From assembly GCF_009914755.1 (NCBI RefSeq), contig NC_060947.1: a DNA stretch of 64,000 nt; one strand, given 5' to 3'. The position numbers and the translations under genes were made by a program. This DNA comes from the human T2T-CHM13v2.0 reference genome, Homo sapiens. Positions 12,888 through 25,877 of this stretch are shown here, piece after piece. The notes under the pieces are model-generated. The model was not told where the DNA came from. It saw only the letters and a list, made by a program, of their open reading frames with translations, and did no database searches. Within the stretch, counting starts at the first letter, position 1. Every line of letters begins with the position of its first letter.

Positions 12888-14689
12888 GATTAGGACTATG
12901 CTGACTACTTTGGTAAGATAAGAACCCAGCAACCCCTCAGTCATCTGTCTCAGGGGCCCGACGTTTTGGGTGGAGACGAGGCAGCTGTTATGAGCACCAC
13001 AAAAGGAATGCACACTGGGAACTCAGGCCTTTCCCATTGGGAAAATACATTCAGTCCTTGCTCACTTGTCAACAGCCTTCCTTAACAGAAGGTAATAACA
13101 TTGAAAGAAATGTCTTACTCTGCTCTAGATAGTAACCTTGTTATTCCTTTCTTCTCCGAGTCACAAGCATAAATAAACTCAGTGGCCTTTTTATAAACTC
13201 CCAAAGGAATGCCAGGCATATCTCAAAATCTCACTAATTTGTCACAATCGAAATTACATACTTAAAAGCAACCCAGCCCTGGTGCCTAGGTGGTTATGTG
13301 ACTAAATGCAGGAAGGAGGGTGAACACCTGGCTGAGGCTGGCGACACCAGTCTCCTAAAGGAGCCACTTAGAGAAACAACAGAATTTCACTTACACATGG
13401 AAAGAAAAGAAGCAGGTTGCCTTAATAGGCTCACAAAAGATAACATGCTTTGAGAAAGTAACAAAGGTCCTTCTGTTATTCTTGAAAGAGAATCTAGAGA
13501 AATGTCTCTTTTTTTTGAAGGGCTATAGATTGTATAGAATTCTTTTTTTTTTTTTCCAACAACGCTGTTAATGAGTGGGCCTTCCTTTATTAAAGAAAGA
13601 ATGTTTCATTCCCCATGCTTCGAATAAAAATAAGCTTTCTGAAATTTGCGTCCCCAATTTTATGACTAATTGTTAAATTTTTATAGACCACCTTGCATGT
13701 CACAATAGAGCATGCTTGTTGGGCTTTTTGTCTTAATTACACATTCATGTTCCTTTTGGTTTGAGGGCCTTAGAGGCCTGTGACGGGTTCCGCAGTAAAT
13801 TTGTCACCTCATTCCCCATAAACCCCTTTCTTAGGGAAAAGTACATTTTATCTTTCTCCCTACCTCTCCTGGCCATGCTCGCTGCTTTTCAAACTAAGCA
13901 GAGGCCCAAACAATGTCATCTCTCCTCACTGAGGGGAGCTATGCAGAGGAAGGAGCACTAGCCCCGGAGTGGAGGAGCTGGCTTCCAGTTGCTCATGAGA
14001 TTCCCTTATTTCCTAGCTGTGTTGCTTTTCAGTTTCTTCATCTAGAAGCATGCGCTAGTTATTACCCCGCCCATCTCTCTACCCACCTCCAATGAAGGAA
14101 TATTTAAATTATACACATTGTTTGCATCTGCACCATGAAAATCTGAGTCCATTTGCTCTCCCAACTTTCCCACCTCCCTGATCCCCCTTTTTTCCCTCCA
14201 CAGCCTGGCAAGCAAACACATACAAACCCACTTCATCTCACATGGGGACAGACTTCTTTTATTAACCAAATGCAACACAACCAGCCTTTCCCCACTCTCA
14301 GCCCCTCAATCCTCCAGGCTATGGAAATACTTTTGCCTTATGTGTTTTGTTATGGCCCCCTTTCTCAAAATGCTGTCCAAATTCAAGCCAGTTGGTTTCT
14401 CTTGAAAGCCCCTCTCACCATTCATCTGGCAATGTTCTCAGCTCCCCTTCAAACCAGCAGGTCCACTTTTCTTTCTTTGCCCCCCTGGGCAAAGTGCTAT
14501 AATATGCTGGAGCCCACCTTGTCTGGTCTTCCAGCAATTTTCTTCTTGCCCTCATGCTCTCACAGATGCAATCAGATTATAACAGGCTAACTTGACCTGA
14601 TGTGTCAACCTTATTTTCCTATAGCAGGTGACAGATTGTCAAAGCACTTGAACCTCGTTGTCTTATTTGGTCATAAGGAGTAAGGTAGT

Positions 14690-15215
14690 TTCTTATTATT
14701 TCATGAAATCGAAGTCCAGAGAGGTTAAATGACCTGCAGTCCAGGGTGGGGCTGGTATGTGGCAGAAGTAAAATGGTATCTGGCCTTTGTTTTCTAAATC
14801 TAGTGATCTTTGCACTACACCCAACTCTCAATCACCCTCTCACAAATCTAGAGTGAGAATCTCTGGATGTTAAACAAACTTGCTTCAGACAGTAGCTGAC
14901 ATTTCCAGCAACTTTAAGAATACCAGCAAACCAACATAATTTGAACAGATCTTAGAAATTAATTCTTCTTTTTTGTCATTCTTTAATATTTTGAATCTCA
15001 TTTCAAATAATAATAAAACAATAGCAAATTTTCTTCTAATAATAAAACAACTGATAATAGTAATGTGTTGTCTATTGCATGTCAGGCACAGTTCATAAGC
15101 ACATTATGTCTTTGAACCTTTACAATAACCCTCAAAAATTGTATTATTAGTCATGCTTTACAGAATGGTAAAGAGTGAAAGTCAGAGAGGTGAAGTAATT
15201 TGCCTCAAGTCACAG
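14690..15215 (-). mobile_element. Two MIR fragments (about 14690-14820 and 15050-15215)
   Basis: cagagaggttaaatgacctg and cagagaggtgaagtaatttgcctcaagtcaca are reverse MIR cores. Confidence 0.7.
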
Positions 15216-18200
15216 TTCTCCAAGTCTCTGACAAGAGTCATACTATCCGTTCTTCTGGTCCTGTTGGCTTATCTGAATTCATTCTTATTTAACAGGCTCC
15301 AGTCTGCTTTATGATTAACATTATAGTGGATTCAACCACCAATTCATTTCAGCTTCTGTTGTTTCCTCAATTTGTACAAATTCAGTTATGCCAGAATAAT
15401 TTAAGTAGTTTTTTGAACAAACTAGAATTCACTGGCCTACAACACCTTTTCACCAAACTGACCTTCTCCCACAAAATGAGCTGTACGAATTCAGGTGTCT
15501 TTGCTCCTTTTCAGGCATATTATCGCTTATTGTGAATTTTACAAATCAGAAACTTAAAGGCAGCAATCTGTGCAATGCATCCCAGCTTTTACACTTGCTT
15601 CCGTCAGCATGCTGTTTACTCTTTAGAGTCAAGCTACCCTCACGTGCAAACGGAAATGAAAAATAATAACGGCTCTGGCCACAGTGATGGCATTTTGCAG
15701 TTACAATTCATCAATCATCTGAGGGATTCCTAGGCAGCTCATCTGTAATAATATGGGTACCAGCAGCAGCTTCTTTTCTGAGCTCTACGGGGTTTTATGG
15801 ATCCTAGAGTAATCATTTCTGGAAGAGTTAAGACAAGGAGAGCAGCATGCTCTAAATGCTACTAGCTAAGGATGGATGCTCAATGATTATTTGTTCTACA
15901 GTAGTATGATTTATTTGTTCATAGAAAGAATTTACTTTAAAAAATCAAGAAACTATGAAATCCTTTCTGGAATCAAAAATGCAGATAGAGCATTTCTTTT
16001 AGATTTGATGCTAAACAGATTGTCTCTCCTAGCAAAGCACCTTCTGTGGTTGATAATTTCATAGGCAAACATCTGTAAGGGTAATTCAGTGTTTATGAGG
16101 GATGCTGAATTTGCTAGCTAGGATTTAGGGAACTTGATTTGATAAACTGTATCTTCTTACAGATTTCTTCCTGCCATATGGATCAGGTTGGTAAACACCT
16201 ACTTGGCCACCTCTTTTTGATTACAGTATGATCTGTGTTTACAGCATTCTAAATTATGGCAATTCTACTTATTAGGCTTGTGTTTTAGTTAACAGTTTTA
16301 GCATGGAAAAAAATTACCAAATATTTACAGGGCAGTGCTTGTTATTTTATTTTTATTTTTTAACAGGGAAATAAATGAAAAAGCCCATCTTGCAAGTAAG
16401 AAAAAAAATGGATCAGGGAACAAAATTGGTCGGACAATTATGTCTGAAAGGAAATTTGATTATATTATCATAACTATGCAGCATAATCAAGCACCTTTCA
16501 GTAGAATTTCTTTTATAAATTTAACCAATAATTAGGCAATTGATTTTATATCCTGTCAAATTAATGTATAAATAATGTTCAACTTGGATTCATGCAAACG
16601 ATTTTCTATATAGCTGTCTTAAATAGGAATCCTTCTGGAATGTTTCAGAAAGCATGTATCTTATTTGGATGTGGACTTTTAAAATTATAGTTTCTTGAAA
16701 TAGTAATATAGTGTTCCGCCCAAGAAAGACAATTCCTAAATATAATTTAGACTATAATTAATGTTAACATTGATGGAGTCAAATGAATGAACTAACTAAT
16801 GATAGTGCCCTTTGCTAATCTGATGACTAGTTCTTACCTAATGGCACTGGGAAATATGTAAATTTGTCAGCAGGTGAAAATGCCCTTGACTGGGTAAATT
16901 ATGTGCAGTATTCCCTTTTCTGAAGCTAATTCAAAGCACTAATGGACTTAATACGTAGCATGCATATGTGAGGTGAGCTATTCATGGAACCAAATTAGCT
17001 CATAAGAGATATTATCCATTATATGCCTCCTAGTAATCATTTCCTCTTTTCTCAAACACAAACCAACCCAGAAGAAAGATGCTAAATTTAATTATAACAA
17101 CTTTATGTGAACAATGCAGGTAAGCCATCCAGTGTGCTTCCAAATGCACTTAGAACCTGTCAAGCAGTTTAAATATTTTCATATGGAATCTAGGGGTTTG
17201 CAGCTAATATATGAGGTGAATTTTAAATGATTTTACAGATGTCATTGGGAAAGTGAGTAATATGAGTAATGAGGTGACTGGGCCAGTGAATCATGGGAAC
17301 CTGTCAAACATGGGGAGATGTCAGGGAAGAGATGATATCAAATAGAAGTAACTTAGCAACCCAGCATTTAGCTGTCCAGAGAATGAGCAAGAGTAGCCCC
17401 TTTAAAATAGCTGAGTAAATTTATCAGTTCCTGTATATCTTAGGTATGCTATAAAAATAAGTCTATTCTCTGTCAACCTGTTTCTTTTTGTGAATATGGT
17501 GATTTGTGATTTTCTATTGAATTGGATGAAAGCCGGTGAGAATTTAGGCCATGTGTAGAATTTACACCTGTTTTCTGTATCTTGGGTGTAAGGAGAGAGT
17601 AATGAAACAACACATTGTTTTGCCAAAAAGCATTCTAAGCTTATCTGAAAGAAGTAACAGCTTCCAACTGTTGTCTAAGAACCAGCATTTTTGTACTAGC
17701 TTTGCTAGTGGGATTGGGCTGGGGAAAGGAGAAGTAATGCAAGGAAGTTAACCATTCCACTTGCATCTGTGTAAAGGTGAAACTCGTGTCTCTGCAAAAC
17801 ACATTGAGGAAGTAGCCTCTTGGAATCCATTTGGTAGGCATCTCCCAGTTTTGAAATGAAAGAAAGAAGGAAAGAATAAAACAAGGCTTGTCCCTTCTCT
17901 CGTTTGTCATTAGAAGCATTCAGGAGAATGAGAAAAATAAACTGAAACTCCATGATTGATGTAACCAAAGGGTATCCATAAGCCTGACTCACAATTTATT
18001 TTGTGAAGGTCAAACAGGGAAGAAGCCAATAAGTGATTCCCATGGTCTTGGATTTGTGGCATAGTAGATGTAAGAAACACTGATTTTCAGAATAAGTGGA
18101 ACATGGTGAAAAGCAATAACAGTATTAGAATAATGAGAATGGGCATTAAAGTTGGAGATGGGAGCTTCCATGGACCAAGTTTGGGACACAGTCTCGAGAA

Positions 18201-18619
18201 GTAGGGAAGGCAGGACTGAATGAGAAATTACATAAATGATCCATATTTGTGGAAGGCACTTTGTTAGTGAGGCAAGGTGGATGAATGAGATGCTGCTTTG
18301 CAAGTAGCCTGTAGGGCTGATGTTTATTGATAACAGAGAAGTAAAGCCTGAAAGCATTTGGGCACACAGCCTTGTATTCCGAAGAGAATTCCTGCTAGTC
18401 TGGAATTCAGCCACAGCCCTGACTGGTCCTGGAAGAACTCTTGACATGAAAAAAAAAATAGTAATAAAAAAGAATCACCACAAGATCTATGCAAAAAAAA
18501 AAAAAATACACAAAAAAGCATGTGAGAAAAGTGTACCAGAAAAACAATATTTTTATGGAAAAATTAAAGCTGTGACCAACATAGTGGCATGAATTTGTTA
18601 AAACCATGAAGCAATTTTA

Positions 18620-20150
18620 TCTGAAAAGACAAGAACAAAATCAGTGATACAGGAACTTAAAGATGCTATTTAAAAAATAGATAAATCAGGAGGTGTGAAT
18701 TAATGAATTATGAACAGAAAATCATTATAATTAATTAATTCAAGATCCTTTTCCCAAATAAAACAATAATACAATAAAATAGATACTTGGTTACTTAACG
18801 CCATCAAGAAAAAAGGGAAAACACTAATACATAAAACAAGAACTAATAAACAGAAATAACCTCAGATACAGAGAAAACTAAGAGAATAATGAGTAGCAAT
18901 TTTCTCAGCTCTGTACAAATAAATATAAACCGGTGGATGAAATGGATGGTTTTTCTAGTGAAATGTAATTGACAGAGATTAACTCCAGAAAACACAGAAA
19001 ATCTAAACAGGCTTATAGCCATCAATGAAATGAAGACTCTCCCCACCCCTTAACAAAAGCGTCACTCCCAGATGGGATTTCGTGAGGAAATTAAACTAAA
19101 CTTTCACAAAATATGACAGTATAACTTTTACACGACATAGAACAAAAAGAAAAATTTGCAAAGTACTTTTTAGAAAAGCCAATCTAGCTTTTATTTTGAT
19201 ACTAAAATCTGACAAAAATAGAACACAAAAAAGAAAATTGCATAATAGTATCATTTATGATTATTGTTGCAAAGCTCCTTAATGAAATACTAACAAACAG
19301 AATCAGACAGCACTTTAAAGGATATACAATATCACCAAGTGGGTTTTATTCCAGGAGTGTAAAACTGGTTCAGTGTTAAGAAATCCATTTGTATAATGCC
19401 TTTTACAAAGAGAATAAAAAAAGAAAAATTACACAGTCATCTTCATTTAGATGATAAAAGACACTTGACAAAACTGAATACACATTCTTGATAAAATAGA
19501 AATAAGTGGAAACATATTTAATGTGATAAAATATATCCACCTTAACCCAAAGGCTAGTATCACATTTCATGGAGAAACTCTCAAAGCATTCTCATTATAG
19601 TCAAGAAAAAGACTAGATGTTCTTTATACCACTATCATTTTATGTTTTTCTGGAGGTTAGCCAAGACAATTAAATATGTAAAGAATAAGAGGCATTAAAG
19701 TGAGAGATAATGCTTAAAATGGTTACTATTTGTACATTATACATATATTGTTTTCCTGGAAACCAGAAACAAATTAACTGAAAACACTATTATGAATAAT
19801 ACACAAATTCAGCCAAGTTGCTCTGTGCAAAATAAATGTATGGCAAAAAATAGTCTTTACATATAAAGCAAGCAACTATAAGATGTAATGGGCAAAAAAA
19901 TCCTTTTACACCTTATGAATTGATGTAACAAGAATTGTGTCAGAGCTGTATAAACAAACTAAGTCACTGTGAGAGATGCCAAAGAATACTTCAATAAAAA
20001 GGCATACAATTCCTGAAAAGGAAGACAATGTCACAGACGTTTGTGTTCTCCCTAAGTTAATCTTGGATCCTTACCTCACGCCATACAAAAACATTACTTC
20101 TAGATGTATTAAAGATTAAAAACAAAAACATAAAATATTAGAAGTATATA
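18620..20150 (+). mobile_element. Old L1M LINE, degenerate ORF2 region
   Basis: A-rich. L1 ORF2-like segments: gaaatggatggttttctag, aaatactaacaaacagaatcagacagcac, caccaagtgggttttattccagga, ggatccttacctcacgccatacaaaaa. Confidence 0.85.
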
Positions 20151-20449
20151 TGGAAGATTTTAATTTATTTTTAATTTTCCGATCAAGTCTCATAATTAGA
20201 TGGCAGGGATAAGAAGTAGTCAGGGGAAAGTTCAGAGGTTAGAGGAGACTGGAGAATGAAAGAGTAATTGAAAGAGAGAGAAGTCTCTCACTCTAAGGGA
20301 ATATAGTAAGATTATGAGGCAACATCAAGGCTCCAGGTGATATTGAAGATATTATATTTATACAGGTTTCAATCTGTAGATTATATAATTTCCTCCAGCA
20401 GTGCTTATTTCATTACCCAGAGACCACAGGCTAATGGGTCGATGACAGC

Positions 20450-20770
20450 CTGGAGGCCTTAGAGAGGTTGAAAATTGCCCCGAATCATATATTCATATGG
20501 TTATGAAGCAGCTAACACAGAATTGGAACTCATGTTGGCCTGAACCCAAAGTACATACTAATAGTAGTACCACTTACCTAGCATTTTTTTGTACCTGGCA
20601 CTGTTAGAAGAATTTCACATATAGTAACTCATATAATCACTATATCAATGCCGAGAAGCAAGTACTATTATCATCCCCTTGTTAGATAATGATGTGGAAG
20701 TACTCTGAGCTTAAGTGACTTTCTAAGTTTGACAGCTAACCAGTGGCAGAGCCAAAATTTCAAACCAAGC
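20450..20770 (-). mobile_element. MIR fragments
   Basis: ttaagtgactttctaag...acagctaaccagtggcagagccaaaatttcaaacc is reverse MIR. Confidence 0.7.
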
Positions 20771-20774
20771 AGTT

Positions 20775-21840
20775 TTTGGTGATTATGAATAATGTGGGTA
20801 TTAATAATTATATACAGATTTTTGCATGAACACATGTTTTCATTTATCTTTGGAATATACCTAGGAGTGGGATCGCAGAGTCATATGCTTAGAGTATGTT
20901 TAAATTTATAAAAACCATACTAAATTGCTTTTAGAGTGGCTGTACCATTTTGCACTTACACCAGCCAAGTATGAAAGACCACTTACTCAGCATGTACTTA
21001 TTTCCCATTTGTATATCTTTTTTGATGAAGTGTCTGTTCAAATCATTTACTCATTTACTAAATCAGGTTGTCTATTACCTTATAAATGAATCTTGAGAGC
21101 TTTTATTGTTTCTGGACATAAGTCATTTGTCAGATATGTGATTTGCAAATATTTTCTCTCGGGCTGTGGCTTGTCTTTTCATTCTCTTGGTGATATCCTT
21201 CTAAGAGAAAAATTTCTTAATTTTGATAAAATCCAATTTATCTTTGTTTCATGTTATGGATTATTATTTTGCTGTCAAGTCGAAGAACTTTTGGGTTAAT
21301 TCAAGGTCAAAAAAATTCTCCCATGTTTTATTCTAAGAGTTTTATTTAAGTCTTCATTTTGGATTAATTTTTATGTGTGATGTGAGGTATAGGTTGAGAT
21401 TTACATTATGTTCCAGCACGATTTATTGAAAAGATTGTATTTAATCTTTCTCCATTGAATTGCTTTTGCATTTTTGTAAAAAGTCAATTGACCATATTTG
21501 TGTGGGTCTACTTCTTGACTCTCCAGTCTCTTCTACTTGTCTGTGTCCTTGACCTTTCACTAATACCATAATGTCTTAATTTCTGTAGATATTGTAAGTC
21601 TGAAAATAGCATAATGTGAATCTTCCAACTTTGTTCTTTTCCTAAAATGGTTTAGCTATCCTAGTTCCTTTTCCTTTCCATATGAATTTTAGATATATTA
21701 TTTATATTTACAAAGAATTCTGCTTAAATGTTGGCTAGTATTGCATTACATCTATAAATCAATTTTGAGGGAATTAACACCTTTACTGTGTGCATCTTTC
21801 ATCTCATGGATGTGGTCAATGTGCCTCTCCATTTATTTGG
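20775..21840 (-). mobile_element. Old L1M LINE, 3' ORF2 region, antisense
   Basis: T-rich. atatacctaggagtgggatcgcagagtcatatg, gtggctgtaccattttgcac, tgaagtgtctgttcaaatc, ccatatttgtgtgggtcta. Confidence 0.88.
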
Positions 21841-21929
21841 GTTGGCTACTCTATTTTTAGAGGGACACTGGTAATTTATAATCCCACTTTAGAAAATTCA
21901 TGCTATGAGAAAAATCCAAGCTCCTAGAA

Positions 21930-22300
21930 AAACTATGTGAACAAAATTATTCATTACACAATTCTTTGTAATAGCAAAAAATGCTACTATATATTTAACA
22001 GTGGGAGAATAGTTAAGCAAACTCAGATTTATACATTCAGAATCATAACCAACCATTAAAAAGATGGCTTTGCCGGTGATGTAACAACATGAGGAAAAAT
22101 TATGAGATAATGTTTACTGAAATAAGCAGAATATAACATTTTATGTACTTAAGTATTATATCTCTATAAAAAATGACTAAAAAGAAACTGAAGGAAAATA
22201 TTTTGAAATGATAGTTCTTATTTTGTTAGAGTTAGAATTATGGGTGAGTTTCTTCTTTTTTATATTTTCTCAATTTCTATAATTTATATTACTTTCATAA
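21930..22300 (+). mobile_element. L1ME-type 3' end
   Basis: ttctttgtaatagcaaaaaa...aacagtgggagaatagttaagcaaact...aaataagcagaata are old L1 3'UTR motifs. Confidence 0.65.
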
Positions 22301-22313
22301 AAATATTTAAGAG

Positions 22314-22377
22314 GCAATTTACTCATGTAACAAACATGCATGTTTACCCCCTGAACTTAAATAAAAATGAAAAAACA
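22314..22377 (+). mobile_element. Extremely 5'-truncated L1P 3' end
   Basis: tttactcatgtaacaaacatgcatgtttaccccctgaacttaaataaaa, flanked by the TSD atttaagag (22305, 22378). Confidence 0.75.
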
Positions 22378-22669
22378 ATTTAAGAGTTATATTGCTGAAC
22401 TAAAATGCACTTAGCAAAGAGTAACCAGGATAGTGGGTAGTTTCCAAACTGGAACGTCTAAAGAGATAGACTAGATTAAACAGCAGAAAATTGAACTAGA
22501 AGAGGGAGCAGGCTGTGGCTGCCTGAGAGACTACCCTGTGGAAGCAAGAGACTCAGAGGCTGCATTTGGGATAGAAGGCCTCAAATGGTGGAATCCAACT
22601 TTTGAGGGGCACTTATAGAGGGATAAGTATTAGGGCAATACAAGCAAGAATGTTCTGGGGGGTGGGGCA

Positions 22670-22850
22670 TCATGGTTAAGACAGTAGAGCTCAGCTCTTC
22701 TCCCTTGCTGAATGTTTTTGGGTAAATTAACCTTTTCGTACCTCATTTACAAAAGTGAGATAATATGCCCTAATTCTCAGAATTATAGGGACAATTAAAT
22801 GAGATGATGCATATGAAACCTCTGGAATAGTGCTTGGAGCACTCAATTAG
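22670..22850 (+). mobile_element. MIR SINE
   Basis: atggttaagacag...attaaatgagatgatgcatatgaaacctctggaatagtgcttgg. Confidence 0.7.
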
Positions 22851-22949
22851 ATCCTTCCTTTCTCCCCTGTTCTAATTGGTAGATCTGTCCAAGGGTAGAA
22901 GGAGGTGAGGTCTTTGTCACTGAAAGTGTTCAATAGAGGCACTGTGCTC

Positions 22950-23500
22950 CCCCAGTACCTAGAGGATAAACTTCCAAACCCAGATCTTGGCAGTCAAAGT
23001 CCTTCCTTTATGTCACCACTCATGCCTACCTCACATATTGCCAATTCTCCCAACTGTGTGCCCTTTTCCACATCCACTGCAGACTTCTCCCCCTTTATCA
23101 AATGTGCCATCTCCTCCTCTGCCTCTGTGTGCTGCCCCCTCCCTCTGCCTGTGATCTCATCCACTCCTGTCTTTGTCTGGTGACCTCCTATCTACACCAT
23201 GTAAGATCCACCACAGAGATCACAGATATTAATGAATTAATTTCTCTATCTGTCTTCTAGGTCCCCATAGCAATTTTTATATATCTACACTTGGCCTTTG
23301 TATGTGTGTATGTTGGGGAGTTGCCTCTTATGGTAGAATGTGAGGTCCATTAGGTCATAGTCTGTGTGGAAATCCTTATTCTGTCTCTTTGGCCAATTCC
23401 AGAAGGCCCCCCCACATACATGCACACAAAGGTGACAAGTGTAGGTGCATAAAAAGTGCATAGATTAGATGTAATGTGTTTATTAAATGACTTAAATTTT
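22950..23500 (+). mobile_element. L2 fossil (3' region)
   Basis: Pyrimidine-rich, ending in gaatgtgaggtccattaggtcatagtctgtgt...atgtgtttattaaatga, an L2-like 3' end. Confidence 0.6.
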
Positions 23501-23723
23501 TAGAGGAATGGTTAGAGAAAATGACCTCATAGTGTTATTTCCACCCAAGGTACAATAATGATTTGATTTTCCATGAAAATATTACAAGTTAATAAGCAGA
23601 TAATAGTGCTTATTGAGTAGAATAATTATACAAATATTAGGCATTTTAATGACTCCATTTCTTATTTCTCCAAATGATATATTATCACCATTTGTGTGCT
23701 TTTTCCATTGCCAATTTCTTTTT

Positions 23724-24008
23724 AAGAAGGGCAAAATGCTGCATGCAGCTCCAATCGTTTAGATGTGTCTGGATTCTTGGAAACTTGACTACCCTATGTT
23801 CTCCTAGAAATGGACCGTGAGAGCTTGCTTGGAGGTTGTAGCAGGGAAGCACAGCTGCTCCTATACCTTTGACCTAAGAAGGATTCAACTCTATAGATAA
23901 GCAGTGGTAAGAGCGAGAAATGACACCCATCTAGCCAGCCAGATCAGTTGAATCAAACCTGATGTTCAGTGGGGTAACAGATGTCGCAGCCAGATAGTCA
24001 TCACATCC
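23724..24008 (-). pseudogene. 7SK snRNA retropseudogene (RN7SKP family), antisense to AFF2
   Basis: The reverse complement starts GGATGTGATGACTATCTGGCTGCGACATCTGTTACCCCACTG and ends ...CCAGACACATCTAAACGATTGGAGCTGCATGCAGCATTTTGCCCTTCTT, colinear with 7SK. It has a short A-tail, an approximate TSD tccattgccaatt/tcaattgcaaatt and an internal deletion of about 45-50 nt. Confidence 0.95.
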
Positions 24009-24261
24009 TCAATTGCAAATTATTATTTAATACCATTGTTATAGTCCATTTTTAATATTGTTCCTCAAAATACAATAATGCTAGCATTATCAGTGTAAAC
24101 AAGGTACTGAATAAAGACAGGGCCCCATATGCTACTACAATGGGAGAGATTTTCAAATCTCTCAAATAATGTTTTGGCACTATTCACTGTGCTTATTATC
24201 ACTGTGATCACAAGAAAAGAGCTTCCACAAGATGTGTTTTCTTCCCTAAAGTGATTCCTCC

Positions 24262-24264
<3 letters not shown>

Positions 24265-24297
<33 letters not shown>
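24265..24297. repeat. (GT)n microsatellite, about 16 units
   Basis: Read directly from the sequence. Confidence 0.98.
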
Positions 24298-24298
<1 letters not shown>

Positions 24299-24799
24299 CT
24301 GATAGCCTGTAAGTTGCTTCCATTAAACACTCCATTCCCCAAAGCCTTTCATTATTGGAATGAACACACTAACACGAACAGACTCATCCTGCTCTTTTCC
24401 TGGCAACATGTTAACTGGAAATTGCAGAATCATAAAATAAATAACTAAGGCCAATCTAAAACCAAGGTGTAAAAACAGCATCCTGGCTGTCTGGGCCTCT
24501 GATTATTTTCTATTCAACTCCCTTACTACTTCTCAGGACCTGTTGCGTTCAGAGGATACCCGAAAAGCTAGTCTATCCTCCAACTTTGCAGCCTCCTCAC
24601 TGCTCTTTAATCCAGGAGCTCCCAGCACATCCTCACACCCCTAGTGCTTTTGATGCAAAAGTGAATAGCAGGTCTGACACCTGGAGAATCCACCCTGATG
24701 TTAGAGCCTGGTCTGCTCCTGTCCTGTGTTACAGAGTGGAGACCATGCAGCATCAGCCTTTGAAAGAACTGGGATTAAGATGAAAACAATGTGCCAGTG

Positions 24800-24920
24800 A
24801 CACTGGACCAGACATCAAGAGACCTCAGAGCTAGTTCTGACCCTGCCACTACCTTATTCTGTGACCCTTGGCTAGTCTCTTAACCATTGTGTGCTTCAGG
24901 TTCTCCATCTGTAAAGTGTT
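24800..24920 (+). mobile_element. MIR SINE
   Basis: ctgccact...ctgtgacccttggctagtctcttaacc...cttcaggttctccatctgtaaa. Confidence 0.75.
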
Positions 24921-24927
24921 GAATTTT

Positions 24928-25126
24928 TTGCACTCTCCAGTACAGAAACACCAACCACATGTGGCTGGCTATTTGAATTTAAATTAATTAAATTTTAACA
25001 AAATAAAAGTTCAGTTCCTCATCCATTTCAAGTTCTCATTAGTTACATGTGGCCAGTGTTTGCCATATTAGACAACACAAAACTCAGTATTTCCATCACT
25101 GTAGAAAGATACAGTGAACAGAACTG
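24928..25126. mobile_element. MER3-like hAT-Charlie element
   Basis: ccacatgtggct...tttaaattaattaaa...catttcaagttctcattagttacatgtggccagtg...atattagacaac...atttccatcactgtagaaag. Confidence 0.75.
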
Positions 25127-25615
25127 CCCCAGATATCTCTTCAGATTTGCTCTAGGTTTTTATTCTGAGTTTTATCATAAAATAAAATCAAATATGGTTT
25201 TACCTTCTAGACTGTGTATTCTAGACTGTGTTTAGAGTATATCTGATTAATTTATTTCCTCCTGAGTCTTATATACAATACATTGATCAAATTCAACTCT
25301 GGTTCTGAGCAGTGCCCCTACTATATAAGACAGAACAAAAAATAAGTCTGAGTAGGTAGAAAAAGATACAGCAAGTATTCCCACAAAAGAGAGAAGACCA
25401 GAGAAGTTTCAGGCATACGCCTGGTTTGTTGGGCAATGCAGGGACCCATGTACTCCTAACTCAGGCCTCAGACAAAGTGTCTTTCCCTATGTTCAATAAC
25501 ATTAATAATGCTTTCATCCCTAGGCTCTGGAAATAAGAGGGTACATCAGACCGTTGAATGGCCCTTTTAGGAGAGAAATGGTACTATAAAAACCCAGGAA
25601 TTGATTCATATTTGC

Positions 25616-25618
<3 letters not shown>

Positions 25619-25649
<31 letters not shown>

Positions 25650-25664
25650 TCTCTCACTCTCTCT
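25619..25664. repeat. (CT)n microsatellite
   Basis: Read directly from the sequence. Confidence 0.95.
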
Positions 25665-25877
25665 TCCCTGCACTCTTCAGCTTTTCCATCTCTTTAGACA
25701 TCCACCTAAGGTGCATCATTAAAGGAAGTACCACAGCAGCACTTGGACAGCTCCAGTGGCTTTAATTGCCCCATTTCTTCATTAAGGGGAGTTGCTTACC
25801 TACACCTTGCACAGGGGCTTGAGATCTGGATTATTAACGTTAAAATGGACTGAGTCCTGAGAAAAGCCATTCATTGT

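Noticed and set aside
14153-14590. 145-aa + strand ORF
   Set aside because: TTG start in a pyrimidine-rich tract, no homology that I recognise and no convincing splice sites.
18620-21840. Opposed L1 blocks as a single inverted (twin-primed) L1 or a coding retroelement
   Set aside because: Both are heavily decayed with no intact ORF, are separated by MIR and unique sequence, and have no shared TSD that I can see.
23724-24008. Functional 7SK gene
   Set aside because: Diverged, internally deleted, has a tail and TSD, and no upstream PSE/TATA is evident. Called a pseudogene.
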